64,000 bases of DNA from assembly GCA_937877025.1 (NCBI GenBank), contig CALEGE010000029.1, forward strand, positions 13,696-77,695, in the 5' to 3' direction. The translations under genes were made by a program, and so were the position numbers. Shown here piece after piece: positions 17,983-26,793 of the stretch. How positions within the stretch are numbered: position 1 is the first letter of the stretch; each line of letters opens with the position of its first letter. The DNA comes from an uncultured Spirochaetia bacterium. GTDB lineage: Bacteria; Spirochaetota; UBA4802; UBA5368. The notes beneath the pieces are model-generated. The model was not told the DNA's origin. It saw nothing but the letters and a program-made list of their open reading frames with translations, and ran no database searches.

Positions 17983-19128
17983 ATGAAGGTTCCATTCCAC
18001 AAACCATACATCACCGATGATGAGGTGAATGCCGTGGCATCCGTGCTCCGAAGCGGATGGCTTACCATGGGTAGCGTGACGATTGATTTCGAGCGGTTGT
18101 TCAGGGAGTACACCGGCGCGCGCAACGCGGTCGCGGTAAATTCGGCCACATCGGCGCTTCATCTGGCGCTGCGCGCTATCGATCTTCGCGATGGGGATGA
18201 GGTGATCGTTCCCTCTCTTACCTTTGTTGCGACTGCGGAGGTGGTGCGGTATTTCAACGCCGTGCCTGTGATTGCAGATATCGAATTCGATACGCACCTG
18301 ATCGACGCGGCGAAGCTGGAAGCATTGATTACGCCGCGAACGCGCGCGATTATACCCGTCCACTATGCCGGGCAGCCCTGCGATATGGACGAGCTGTGCG
18401 CGCTGGCGGCCCGGCATCATCTTCATATTATCGAGGATGCGGCGCATTCTCTGCCTGCGTGGTACGGCGGCAGAAAGATCGGCACACTTGGCGATATTAC
18501 GTGCTTCAGTTTTTACGCCACAAAGACGCTTGCCACCGGCGAGGGGGGCATGATTACCACCGATAGCGACGAGTGGGCGGCGCGAATGGGCTCGCTAAGG
18601 CTGCACGGCATCGGGCGCGATGCCTGGAACAGGTACTCCGAGGCGGGAAGCTGGATGTACGATGTGGGCGAGTTGGGCTATAAATACAATATTACCGATA
18701 TTGCCTCGGCGATCGGCATTGAACAGTTGAAAAAACTCGAATGGATGCGCGACAGGCGCGTGGAAATCGCCGGGCGATATGCGGAGGCGTTCGCATCGAT
18801 GGATGCTGTTATCCCATATACGGTAAAAGACGGCCGGGTATCGGCCTGGCATCTCTACCCGGCAAAGCTCAATCTTGACGCGCTTACGATAACGCGCGAC
18901 CGGTTTATCGGCGAGCTTGCCTCTCGTGGGGTGGGCGCCAGCGTGCATTTCATTCCGCTTTACCGGTTTACATATTATAAGAATATGGGATATGAGTGCG
19001 GGGCGTTTCCGCAGAGCGAACGCGTATTTGAAAGGATTATTTCTCTGCCGATCTATCCCGGCATGAATGATGAAACCGGCTATGTCATCCAGTGCATTGA
19101 CGATATAGCGCGGCAGTTTAAACGGTAA
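17983..19128 (+). CDS. DegT/DnrJ/EryC1/StrS-family sugar aminotransferase (PglE/WecE-like)
   Basis: MKVPFHKPYITDDEVNAV..., PLP-binding region ...FSFYATKTLATGEGG. The ORF-track start at 17923 is probably an upstream extension. Confidence 0.85.
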   Translation: MKVPFHKPYITDDEVNAVASVLRSGWLTMGSVTIDFERLFREYTGARNAVAVNSATSALHLALRAIDLRDGDEVIVPSLTFVATAEVVRYFNAVPVIADIEFDTHLIDAAKLEALITPRTRAIIPVHYAGQPCDMDELCALAARHHLHIIEDAAHSLPAWYGGRKIGTLGDITCFSFYATKTLATGEGGMITTDSDEWAARMGSLRLHGIGRDAWNRYSEAGSWMYDVGELGYKYNITDIASAIGIEQLKKLEWMRDRRVEIAGRYAEAFASMDAVIPYTVKDGRVSAWHLYPAKLNLDALTITRDRFIGELASRGVGASVHFIPLYRFTYYKNMGYECGAFPQSERVFERIISLPIYPGMNDETGYVIQCIDDIARQFKR

Positions 19129-19153
19129 TTCGACAACAACGCGAGGTTTTACT

Positions 19154-21082
19154 ATGCCGATCTGGTACGCGGTACACGGGAAACGGATTCTTTATATATT
19201 CTGCGACGCCGCCGTCGCCGCGGTCTCGTACGCGATTGCCCTCTGCATTGCCGCGTATCCGGATATGTGCGCAATCGTTTCAATGGATCACCGGACCGGT
19301 ATTGCGCTGATGGTGATTGCGTACTGTGCGTCGTTATATTTTTTCAAAATATACAGGATCATCTGGAAGTATTTCAATGTCCGCGATATGTGCAGGCTTG
19401 CCGCGGCCAACGCGACGGGCTTTTGCGTCTTTACCGCGATGATGCTTGCTACGGGCTCCTCGTATTCTCCGCCCGCGGCGGTGCTCGCGCTTTTTTTTAA
19501 CGGCTTTTTCACGGGCGCGTACAGGACGCTCGTCCGCGGGATTGGCGCCGACGCGGAATTGCCGGGTGGTGATGGGGCGGATGCCGCGATAGACGCGGTA
19601 AAGGGAACGGCCGAAGAGAAAAGGATCCTCATTGCCGGGGCCGGCGATGCGGGGAGCATGCTGCTTGCCGAATATGCGAAACGCGGGTTGGAGCGGTGCG
19701 TTGTCGGGTTTGTCGATGACGACAGGGCGAAGATCGGGAAAATGCTGAACGGCAAGATGGTGTTTTCCTCGACCGGCGGCGTGAATGACGTTATACGAAA
19801 TAAAAAGATCACCGAGGTCGTCATTGCCATGCCGTCCGTCGGGGCCGCCGCGATCAACCGCATCATCGCCGACGTACGGCGCGAACATCCAAGGCTGCTC
19901 GTGAAGACGCTGCCGTCGTTCACGCGGATTTTCGAGAAATCGCTGCTGCCCGATCTGCGCGAGCTGGGGATCGCCGATCTGCTGGGCCGCGAGGAATTCG
20001 GCATAGACGTACAAGCCATTCAAAATCATTTTACGGGGGCGACGGTGCTCGTGACCGGCGCCGGCGGAAGCATCGGGTCCGAGCTGTGCCGCCAGCTTCT
20101 GAAATTCAACATACGGCGGCTCATCGCCGTGGGCAGGGGCGAGTTTTCGATCTATACGCTCGCGAAATCGCTGCAGGAGCACATGTACTATCTCGAATCG
20201 GAAACGGAAATTGTGTACCGCATTGCCGACGTGAAAGACCGCGGAATGCTCAACCTCATATTCGGCCGTTACCGGCCCGACATCGTGTTTCATGCGGCCG
20301 CGCACAAGCATGTGCCGCTGATGGAGTTTAACGAGATAGAGGCCATTCAGAACAATGTCATTGGGAGCTTCAACGTGTTCGAGGTCGCACTGGCTAATCA
20401 TGCGCGCGAATGCGTGCTGATCTCCACAGACAAGGCGGTGCATCCGGTGAACGTTATGGGCGCGACGAAGCGGGCGGCTGAATTGATGGCGCGGTATTAT
20501 TTCGAGAAGGGCCTCACGACATCGATCGTGCGTTTCGGCAACGTCATCGGCAGCCGCGGCTCGGTAATTCCGCTTTTCCGCGAGCAAATTGAGAAGGGCG
20601 GCCCGGTTACCGTGACCCATCCCGAGGTGACACGCTACTTTATGTCGATTCCCGAGGCGTCGATACTGGTTATCAACGCGGCGGCGTATTCGAAGGGTGG
20701 CGAGGTGTTTGTGCTCGATATGGGAAAACAGTACCGCGTCGCGGACATCGCGCGGAACCTCATCCGGTTTTACGGCTACGAGCCCGACAGGGACATTAAA
20801 ATAGAGTATACCGGTCTGCGGCCGGGCGAGAAGCTGTACGAAGAGCTTTTTTACCCGAAGGAAAATCTTGTAAAAACGCAGAATGAAAAAATATATATAT
20901 TGAATGCTGCCGGCGAATCATATTCGCGCGATGGTATAGAGCGGTGGCTTTCGGAGGAATATCCGCGTTTATATGAATGCGATTCCCGAGGCGCCAGAAG
21001 GCTTCTCAACAAGCTTGTGCCGGAATTCGAGAACGGTTCCGATGTCGAAGAATACGGTCCCAATCCCCGCCTGGTCAACTGA
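19154..21082 (+). CDS. Membrane-bound nucleotide-sugar 4,6-dehydratase (PglF/CapD/WbpM-like)
   Basis: N-terminal TM helices. Rossmann GAGGSIGSELCRQL and SDR-like catalytic region typical of the PglF/CapD family. Confidence 0.85.
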   Translation: MPIWYAVHGKRILYIFCDAAVAAVSYAIALCIAAYPDMCAIVSMDHRTGIALMVIAYCASLYFFKIYRIIWKYFNVRDMCRLAAANATGFCVFTAMMLATGSSYSPPAAVLALFFNGFFTGAYRTLVRGIGADAELPGGDGADAAIDAVKGTAEEKRILIAGAGDAGSMLLAEYAKRGLERCVVGFVDDDRAKIGKMLNGKMVFSSTGGVNDVIRNKKITEVVIAMPSVGAAAINRIIADVRREHPRLLVKTLPSFTRIFEKSLLPDLRELGIADLLGREEFGIDVQAIQNHFTGATVLVTGAGGSIGSELCRQLLKFNIRRLIAVGRGEFSIYTLAKSLQEHMYYLESETEIVYRIADVKDRGMLNLIFGRYRPDIVFHAAAHKHVPLMEFNEIEAIQNNVIGSFNVFEVALANHARECVLISTDKAVHPVNVMGATKRAAELMARYYFEKGLTTSIVRFGNVIGSRGSVIPLFREQIEKGGPVTVTHPEVTRYFMSIPEASILVINAAAYSKGGEVFVLDMGKQYRVADIARNLIRFYGYEPDRDIKIEYTGLRPGEKLYEELFYPKENLVKTQNEKIYILNAAGESYSRDGIERWLSEEYPRLYECDSRGARRLLNKLVPEFENGSDVEEYGPNPRLVN

Positions 21083-21258
21083 CATGCCCGTGTAATACGT
21101 CTTCGAAAATTCCATTCTTTATGTGGTATGCATTACCGGTGCGGTTTTTTGTACTTGCGTATAATGATTATCCGATTAAACTTAAAAAAGAGTGCCACTT
21201 ACTGCGTGCGATGAAAATATGGTACAGACTGACCTGCTTTCACGTGGGAGGATGATCA

Positions 21259-22527
21259 ATGGAATATGCCACAGCGCTTCGTCCGTATACCGTACGGCGG
21301 CTCGAAGAGATAAAAAAAGCGGACATCCTGGTGGGCGTGCCATGTTATAATAACGAAAATACTGTGGGGCATGTCATTGAGATGGTATCCGCCGGCCTCG
21401 CTAAATATTACCGTGACGCGCGGTCGGTTATTTTTGTTTCCGACGGGGGATCGACAGACGATACCAGAGACATTGCGCTCGCGACGGAATTGAAGCCGTG
21501 GCAGGAAAAGCTTGTGCAGATATACAGGGGCATATCCGGAAAGGGGAGCGCCTTCAGGGCGATCTTCGAGGCCGGGGCGATTCTCGATGTCCGGGCGTGC
21601 ATGGTCGTCGATTCTGACCTGCGAAGCATATCGCCCGACTGGGTCAATCTGCTGCTTGCTCCCGTAATGCACAACGACTATGAATTTGTAGCGCCGGTAT
21701 ACACGCGCCACAAGTACGACGGCACCATTACGAACAATATCGTATACAATCTCACTCGCTCAGTGTACGGGAAACGAATTCGGCAGCCTATTGGCGGCGA
21801 TTTTACCTTTTCGAAAGGTCTGGCCAAATTCTATCTTGAAAAGCCTGTATGGAGCACAGATATCGCGAAATTCGGCATTGACGTATGGATGACCATCAAT
21901 GCCATCGCGCGGAACGTGAATATCTGCCAGGCGAACCTTGGCGTGAAAATCCACGACGCGAAAGATCCCGCGCAGTCGCTGGGGCCGATGTTCGTCCAGG
22001 TCGTCGGTACGCTTTTCAACCTGATGGAGCACTACGAGCTGTTCTGGAAAAATGTCACCGGCTCACGGGATGTGCCCCTCTTCGGCGACGAGGTGCGCAA
22101 GGAGCCGGAGCCGGTGAAGGTCGATATGCGGAAACTTGTGCATGAATACACGACAGGCTTTTCGCAGTTCAGGCCGCTCTACAGGGGGATTTTTTCGCCC
22201 GAGGTGTATGCCGGCCTTGAAGCCGCGTCTTTGCGTGGCGCGGCGAATTTCGATATTCCAATTAATATCTGGGTAAAAACCCTCTTTGAGCTGGCCGCTA
22301 CGTATCATCACTGGAAAATCAACCGGGTGCGTCTTATCAACCTCATGGTGCCGTTGTATTATGGTCGCGTGGCCTCGTTTGTCAACACCACGCTCGACAT
22401 GGACTCCTTCCAGGCGGAATCTGTCGTTCAAGAGCAGGCGGAAGCCTTTGAGCGGGAGAAGGAGTACCTCATTGCCAGATGGGATGAAGGCAGGCCCGAG
22501 CCGGAATTATTTGGACAGGTTTTTTAA
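21259..22527 (+). CDS. GT-A fold (family-2-like) glycosyltransferase with C-terminal extension
   Basis: ILVGVPCYNNENTVG... and a DxD-like VVDSDL. The 422-aa length implies an extra C-terminal domain. Confidence 0.55.
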   Translation: MEYATALRPYTVRRLEEIKKADILVGVPCYNNENTVGHVIEMVSAGLAKYYRDARSVIFVSDGGSTDDTRDIALATELKPWQEKLVQIYRGISGKGSAFRAIFEAGAILDVRACMVVDSDLRSISPDWVNLLLAPVMHNDYEFVAPVYTRHKYDGTITNNIVYNLTRSVYGKRIRQPIGGDFTFSKGLAKFYLEKPVWSTDIAKFGIDVWMTINAIARNVNICQANLGVKIHDAKDPAQSLGPMFVQVVGTLFNLMEHYELFWKNVTGSRDVPLFGDEVRKEPEPVKVDMRKLVHEYTTGFSQFRPLYRGIFSPEVYAGLEAASLRGAANFDIPINIWVKTLFELAATYHHWKINRVRLINLMVPLYYGRVASFVNTTLDMDSFQAESVVQEQAEAFEREKEYLIARWDEGRPEPELFGQVF

Positions 22528-22573
22528 GATAATTTACCTCTTGAATAATACGATAATAATAAAGGGGTCACCC

Positions 22574-22620
22574 GGATGCCGGCGTACGGCGGGGGGAGTG
22601 TCCGGCATGCTTTTTTTTAA
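22574..22620 (+). terminator. Putative intrinsic terminator after the glycosyltransferase gene
   Basis: ATGCCGG ... CCGGCAT stem followed by GCTTTTTTTT. Lies upstream of an AT-rich promoter region. Confidence 0.4.
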
Positions 22621-22751
22621 GAAAATGATTTTGTAATGCCATTATGACGTAAATTACAATGCGTATAAAATATTTTATATGATTTAAATTTTATAATATG
22701 GTTTGACGTTGCGATGATGACGATATATGCGAAACACCATTACTATTTTAC

Positions 22752-24845
22752 ATGGAACCGGTAGGAATTATGGAAATTGCGGAATGTAATGCCGATATCG
22801 TGACCAACAGGTTCGTGTGCATATCCGAAAGGGTGAAAAACAGAATCGATTTTTCCGCGGCGATGGATATTACGCCGTTCGTTTTCGAGGATATCGCAAA
22901 GGAAATTGAGAACATTACACACGGGTTGTCCGGCGCGGCCTTTGCGCTTGTATTCGCAAACCGGAGTGAATGGGACGATATTGAAAAAACGCTGTCGGAT
23001 TTACGGAATGAGCGGCTGTATTCCACATGCGTGCTTGTCGGCAGCGAGGATGATATCGTTGATGAGGCGGATCTTGGCGGCATACTGCACTATGCCGCAT
23101 CGCGGATAAACGCGCGTGAATATGACTTTCTCGTGAAAAAGGGATTTGCGGTTCTCGATGAACAGCACCGTGCCGCGCGTGATCGTGCGGAGTATAACGC
23201 CCTGCTTCTTGACATGAAACAAGACCAGGAAGACCTCATCAACATTGGAAGGTCGCTGTCCATAGAAAAGGACTCTGACAAGCTGCTGCGCCTGATACTG
23301 CTGCTTGGAAAAAAAATCACCGGAGCCGACGCGGGGAGTATTTATATCGTTGAAGAAAAGGATGACGGAGCGAAGCATTTACGCTTTAAATACTCGCACA
23401 CGTTTTCCAAAAACCTCCCGTATGAAGAATTCGTGCTGCCAATTGACGCCAATTCCATCGCCGGATATGTGGCGATGACAGGAAAGGTGCTTAATATTCC
23501 GGATGTATACGAACTTTCGGATGGCGATCCAGTTTCGTTCAATTCTACGTTCGACAGCGCGCATAATTACCGCTCGAGATCCATGCTTGTTGTGCCCATG
23601 AAAAACAATGTCGACGAGATAATCGGCGTTATTCAGCTCATCAACAGCAAGGAGGACACCAGCGAGAATTCGCGGATCAGGGGCAACGAGGCCTTTGAAA
23701 TCACTCTTGCAACGACTGAGGACTTCAATGTGAAGGTTGTGCCGTTTGCCGCGCGGTACGAATCGCTTCTCGAGGCGGTTGCCGGCCAGGCGGCAATTGC
23801 GTTAGAAAACAACAGGATGATGAAGCAGATTCAGTTCCAGTTCGAGGAATTTGTCAGAGCGTCGGTTTCCGCGATAGAGTCCCGAGACCCGGCGACATCC
23901 GGGCACTCCTTCCGCGTTGCCGAGATATGCAAACAGCTTGCGTACGCGGTCAACAGCGAAACAGAGGGTGAGTACGAAACTGTCAATTTCAGCGAGACGG
24001 CGATAAAGGAGCTTGAATACGCGGCGCTGTTGCACGATTTTGGAAAGGTGTATATCGATCTTGCAGTGTTTCAAAAGGCGAAAAAGCTTTTCCCGAAAGA
24101 ACTCGACAACCTGATGCTGAAGATGGATTATCTGTACCGGTGCACCGAACTTGAGTATAATGCGAAAGAAATTGCCCTGCTGAAAAAATCACGAAACGGG
24201 GCGAACGTCCCGGCGCTGACCGGGGGTCTCGAAGCGGAACGGAAGCGTCTGCTCGATGCAATCATGGACATTAAAAAGGAACTGCGTGCGCTGAACGAGC
24301 CCACGGCGACCGATGCCGATCCCCTGAAGGTGCTCGATGGCGTGATTTCGAAGCTGCCTGCGGTGTCGTGCCTGCTGCCGGATGGTAACGCGATTGATGT
24401 GATTTCAGAAAGCGAACGCCGCAATCTCGAAATACGCCGCGGCAGCCTCAATTCGCAGGAGCGCAAAATCATTGAGAGCCATGTGGTGCACACATACAAT
24501 TTTGTCAGCAGAATACCGTGGCCGCCGGAGTTTCGCAATATCCCGGAGATTGCCGCGAAACACCACGAAAAGCTCGATGGCTCGGGATATCCCGGAAGAT
24601 TACACGGCGAGAACGATATACCCATCCAGGCGAGGATGATGGCGATTGCCGATATCTTCGACGCGCTCTCCGCATCGGACAGGCCGTACAAAAAATCGCT
24701 GCCGATAGAAAAAACTCTCGCGATTTTACAGGATGAGGCAAAACAGCGCAAGCTTGACCAGAAACTTGTTGATCTTTTTATCAGGTACAGAATATATGAG
24801 AAAACCGATAAGAATTCACTTAAAGGAGAAAACACGGCGACATGA
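22752..24845 (+). CDS. GAF-domain / HD-GYP c-di-GMP phosphodiesterase-family protein with large insertion in the HD domain
   Basis: HD motif (LLHDFGKV) and HHEKLDGSGYP (HD-GYP signature) are separated by ~185 aa instead of ~55. A GAF-like segment lies upstream. Stop overlaps the next start (ATGA). Confidence 0.75.
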   Translation: MEPVGIMEIAECNADIVTNRFVCISERVKNRIDFSAAMDITPFVFEDIAKEIENITHGLSGAAFALVFANRSEWDDIEKTLSDLRNERLYSTCVLVGSEDDIVDEADLGGILHYAASRINAREYDFLVKKGFAVLDEQHRAARDRAEYNALLLDMKQDQEDLINIGRSLSIEKDSDKLLRLILLLGKKITGADAGSIYIVEEKDDGAKHLRFKYSHTFSKNLPYEEFVLPIDANSIAGYVAMTGKVLNIPDVYELSDGDPVSFNSTFDSAHNYRSRSMLVVPMKNNVDEIIGVIQLINSKEDTSENSRIRGNEAFEITLATTEDFNVKVVPFAARYESLLEAVAGQAAIALENNRMMKQIQFQFEEFVRASVSAIESRDPATSGHSFRVAEICKQLAYAVNSETEGEYETVNFSETAIKELEYAALLHDFGKVYIDLAVFQKAKKLFPKELDNLMLKMDYLYRCTELEYNAKEIALLKKSRNGANVPALTGGLEAERKRLLDAIMDIKKELRALNEPTATDADPLKVLDGVISKLPAVSCLLPDGNAIDVISESERRNLEIRRGSLNSQERKIIESHVVHTYNFVSRIPWPPEFRNIPEIAAKHHEKLDGSGYPGRLHGENDIPIQARMMAIADIFDALSASDRPYKKSLPIEKTLAILQDEAKQRKLDQKLVDLFIRYRIYEKTDKNSLKGENTAT

Positions 24846-25780
24846 AACGGCACTTCATCCAGGGACTCGCGCTGCTATGCGTGCTGTTCGTTTCGCTTTC
24901 CGCTGTGTCTGTGCGTGCCGATGAAAAGGTCACGTTAGTGTACACCAACTCTCTCAATGGGGCACTCGATTACTGCCGCTGTAAAAGCGATCCTAAAGGC
25001 GGACTGGTGAAGCGGGCCACCGAGATTCGCGAAATACAAAAGGCGTATCCGAATGTCGTTCTCTTCGAATCGGGAGATTTTGCGTCGTATGACCCGGACC
25101 CCCTGTTATACGGGTATCTGGTACAAGCGTACCGCCATATCAAATACGACGCGATACTCTTCGGCGATCAGGAATTTTCCGCGGGAATCCCCAATTTTCT
25201 GCGTTACAAAAACGAATTGCCGTTCGTCTGCGACAACATTGTTATAAAGAATGAAAACCGCTGGGAGCAGTTTGCCACGCGAACGATAACGCTGAAACGC
25301 GGCGGTCTTGTTATCGGCGTTATCGGAACAATCGCGCCTTCCGCGTTCAGATATTACAGCCGCGGTATTACCGGCTCGGTGCGGGTTTCCGGACAGGTGG
25401 ATGAGATTCGCAAGGATGTGAAGGCGTTGCGAAACGATGGGGCGGGGCTCGTGGTGCTTCTTTCCCATTCCGGCTACGGGGCCGACTGCGAGCTTGAAAA
25501 AGATATCCCGGGTGTTGATATCATCATTGGCGGCCATTCGCAGACGTTGTTGAAAAATCCCGTGAAGGGCGTCAACGCCATTATCGTCCAGGCGGGCGCC
25601 GACGGTGCGCACATCGGCATACTTGAATGTGTCGTTTCAAAGGACGGCATTCGCTCGTATAAAAATTCGTTCCGCCGGCCGGACGAGAACCGGCCTGCCG
25701 ACGATGCGTATATACGCTCGCTGATTACGCGGTATCAGGAAGAGACGGAAAAGGAATTTAAAAAAATGAGGTTCAAGTGA
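24842..25780 (+). CDS. Secreted 5'-nucleotidase/calcineurin-like metallophosphoesterase-fold protein with degenerate metal-ligand motifs
   Basis: Signal peptide. The GD motif (ESGDFASYDP) and GGHSQT are present. Motif I reads YTNSLNGAL instead of HTNDxHG, and GNHE is replaced by GDQE. Confidence 0.55.
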   Translation: MKRHFIQGLALLCVLFVSLSAVSVRADEKVTLVYTNSLNGALDYCRCKSDPKGGLVKRATEIREIQKAYPNVVLFESGDFASYDPDPLLYGYLVQAYRHIKYDAILFGDQEFSAGIPNFLRYKNELPFVCDNIVIKNENRWEQFATRTITLKRGGLVIGVIGTIAPSAFRYYSRGITGSVRVSGQVDEIRKDVKALRNDGAGLVVLLSHSGYGADCELEKDIPGVDIIIGGHSQTLLKNPVKGVNAIIVQAGADGAHIGILECVVSKDGIRSYKNSFRRPDENRPADDAYIRSLITRYQEETEKEFKKMRFK

Positions 25781-26280
25781 TGATTGACGCGTCAGAAGCG
25801 CGCACCCTTCTGCGGGAGATGTTTTTCATCGTGATTGCCGCCGCCTTTCTGGGCTATTGCATTGCCATGTTTCATCCGAAAGGGTACGTGCTTATAGGGC
25901 GGGGCGCGTTGAATGATACGCGGATTGTGACGATCTCCGTCGATGAGGCGCGGCCGAAGCGTAATTGCTCCGCCCTCTTTATCGACGCCCGCGGACGTTT
26001 GGACTACAACGTGTCGCATATTGCCGGCGCGGTCAGCATACCCGCGTCGCCGGAATCGGTTACACTGCATGCGATCAGGGAGCACTTTAAAAAAATCGGG
26101 GACGCGGGCGAGCTGGTCGTCTACTGCGGCGGCAGCTCATGCGGGATTTCCACACAGGTCGCGAAGCGCCTGATTTCGATGGGATATCCCCGGCATATCT
26201 ATGTGCTGGCGGAGGGGTTTGCGGGATGGCGGGAGAAACGCCTGCCGCTGGAAGCCGGAGAGGAGCATGATGGGGAGTAA
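25780..26280 (+). CDS. Membrane-anchored rhodanese-domain sulfurtransferase
   Basis: N-terminal TM. Rhodanese fold with an active-site loop Cys (VVYCGGSSCGIS). Start overlaps the preceding stop (GTGATG). Confidence 0.7.
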   Translation: MIDASEARTLLREMFFIVIAAAFLGYCIAMFHPKGYVLIGRGALNDTRIVTISVDEARPKRNCSALFIDARGRLDYNVSHIAGAVSIPASPESVTLHAIREHFKKIGDAGELVVYCGGSSCGISTQVAKRLISMGYPRHIYVLAEGFAGWREKRLPLEAGEEHDGE

Positions 26281-26283
26281 GCC

Positions 26284-26784
26284 ATGGAATCGGTAATCAA
26301 TTTTTTTCGTGACACCGCATACGGCAATCGCTTCAGCGCGTGTGTGCGTGTTTTACTCGGAGCGCTTCTTGCGTATGGGGGATTCTTCAAACTGCTCGAT
26401 ATCGAGTCGTTCGGGGGTGTGATACGAATGTACGATATGCTTCCGGAGGCGTTTGCGCCGCACGCCGCGATTGTGCTGCCTCCCCTGGAGGTGCTGCTGG
26501 GTATCATGCTTGTGGTCGGATATAAAACCAGGGCGGCGAGCCTGCTGTCGATGATACTGATGGGCGTCTTCGCCGTGGCGATTGCCGTGAATGCGGCGCG
26601 CGGCGCTTCGTTCGATTGCGGCTGTCTTGAGCTTGGAAGGTTCGGGATCAGCGAAAATATCAGCATGACGCTTGCCGCCAGGAATATAGTGCTGATACTC
26701 GCGTTCCTGCTTGTGTTTAACCTGAGAAAAAATGTGTTGTCGATCGACGCGCGCATCGAACGCGGAACGTTGCGCGATATCTGA
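26284..26784 (+). CDS. MauE/DoxX-family membrane protein
   Basis: Four predicted TM helices and a DCGC motif characteristic of MauE-like proteins. 3-nt gap after the rhodanese gene. Confidence 0.6.
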   Translation: MESVINFFRDTAYGNRFSACVRVLLGALLAYGGFFKLLDIESFGGVIRMYDMLPEAFAPHAAIVLPPLEVLLGIMLVVGYKTRAASLLSMILMGVFAVAIAVNAARGASFDCGCLELGRFGISENISMTLAARNIVLILAFLLVFNLRKNVLSIDARIERGTLRDI

Positions 26785-26793
26785 GAAGGCACT

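Noticed and set aside
19334-20620. 428-aa antisense ORF inside the PglF-like dehydratase gene
   Set aside because: The + strand encodes a clear Rossmann/SDR dehydratase. The antisense translation is low-complexity.
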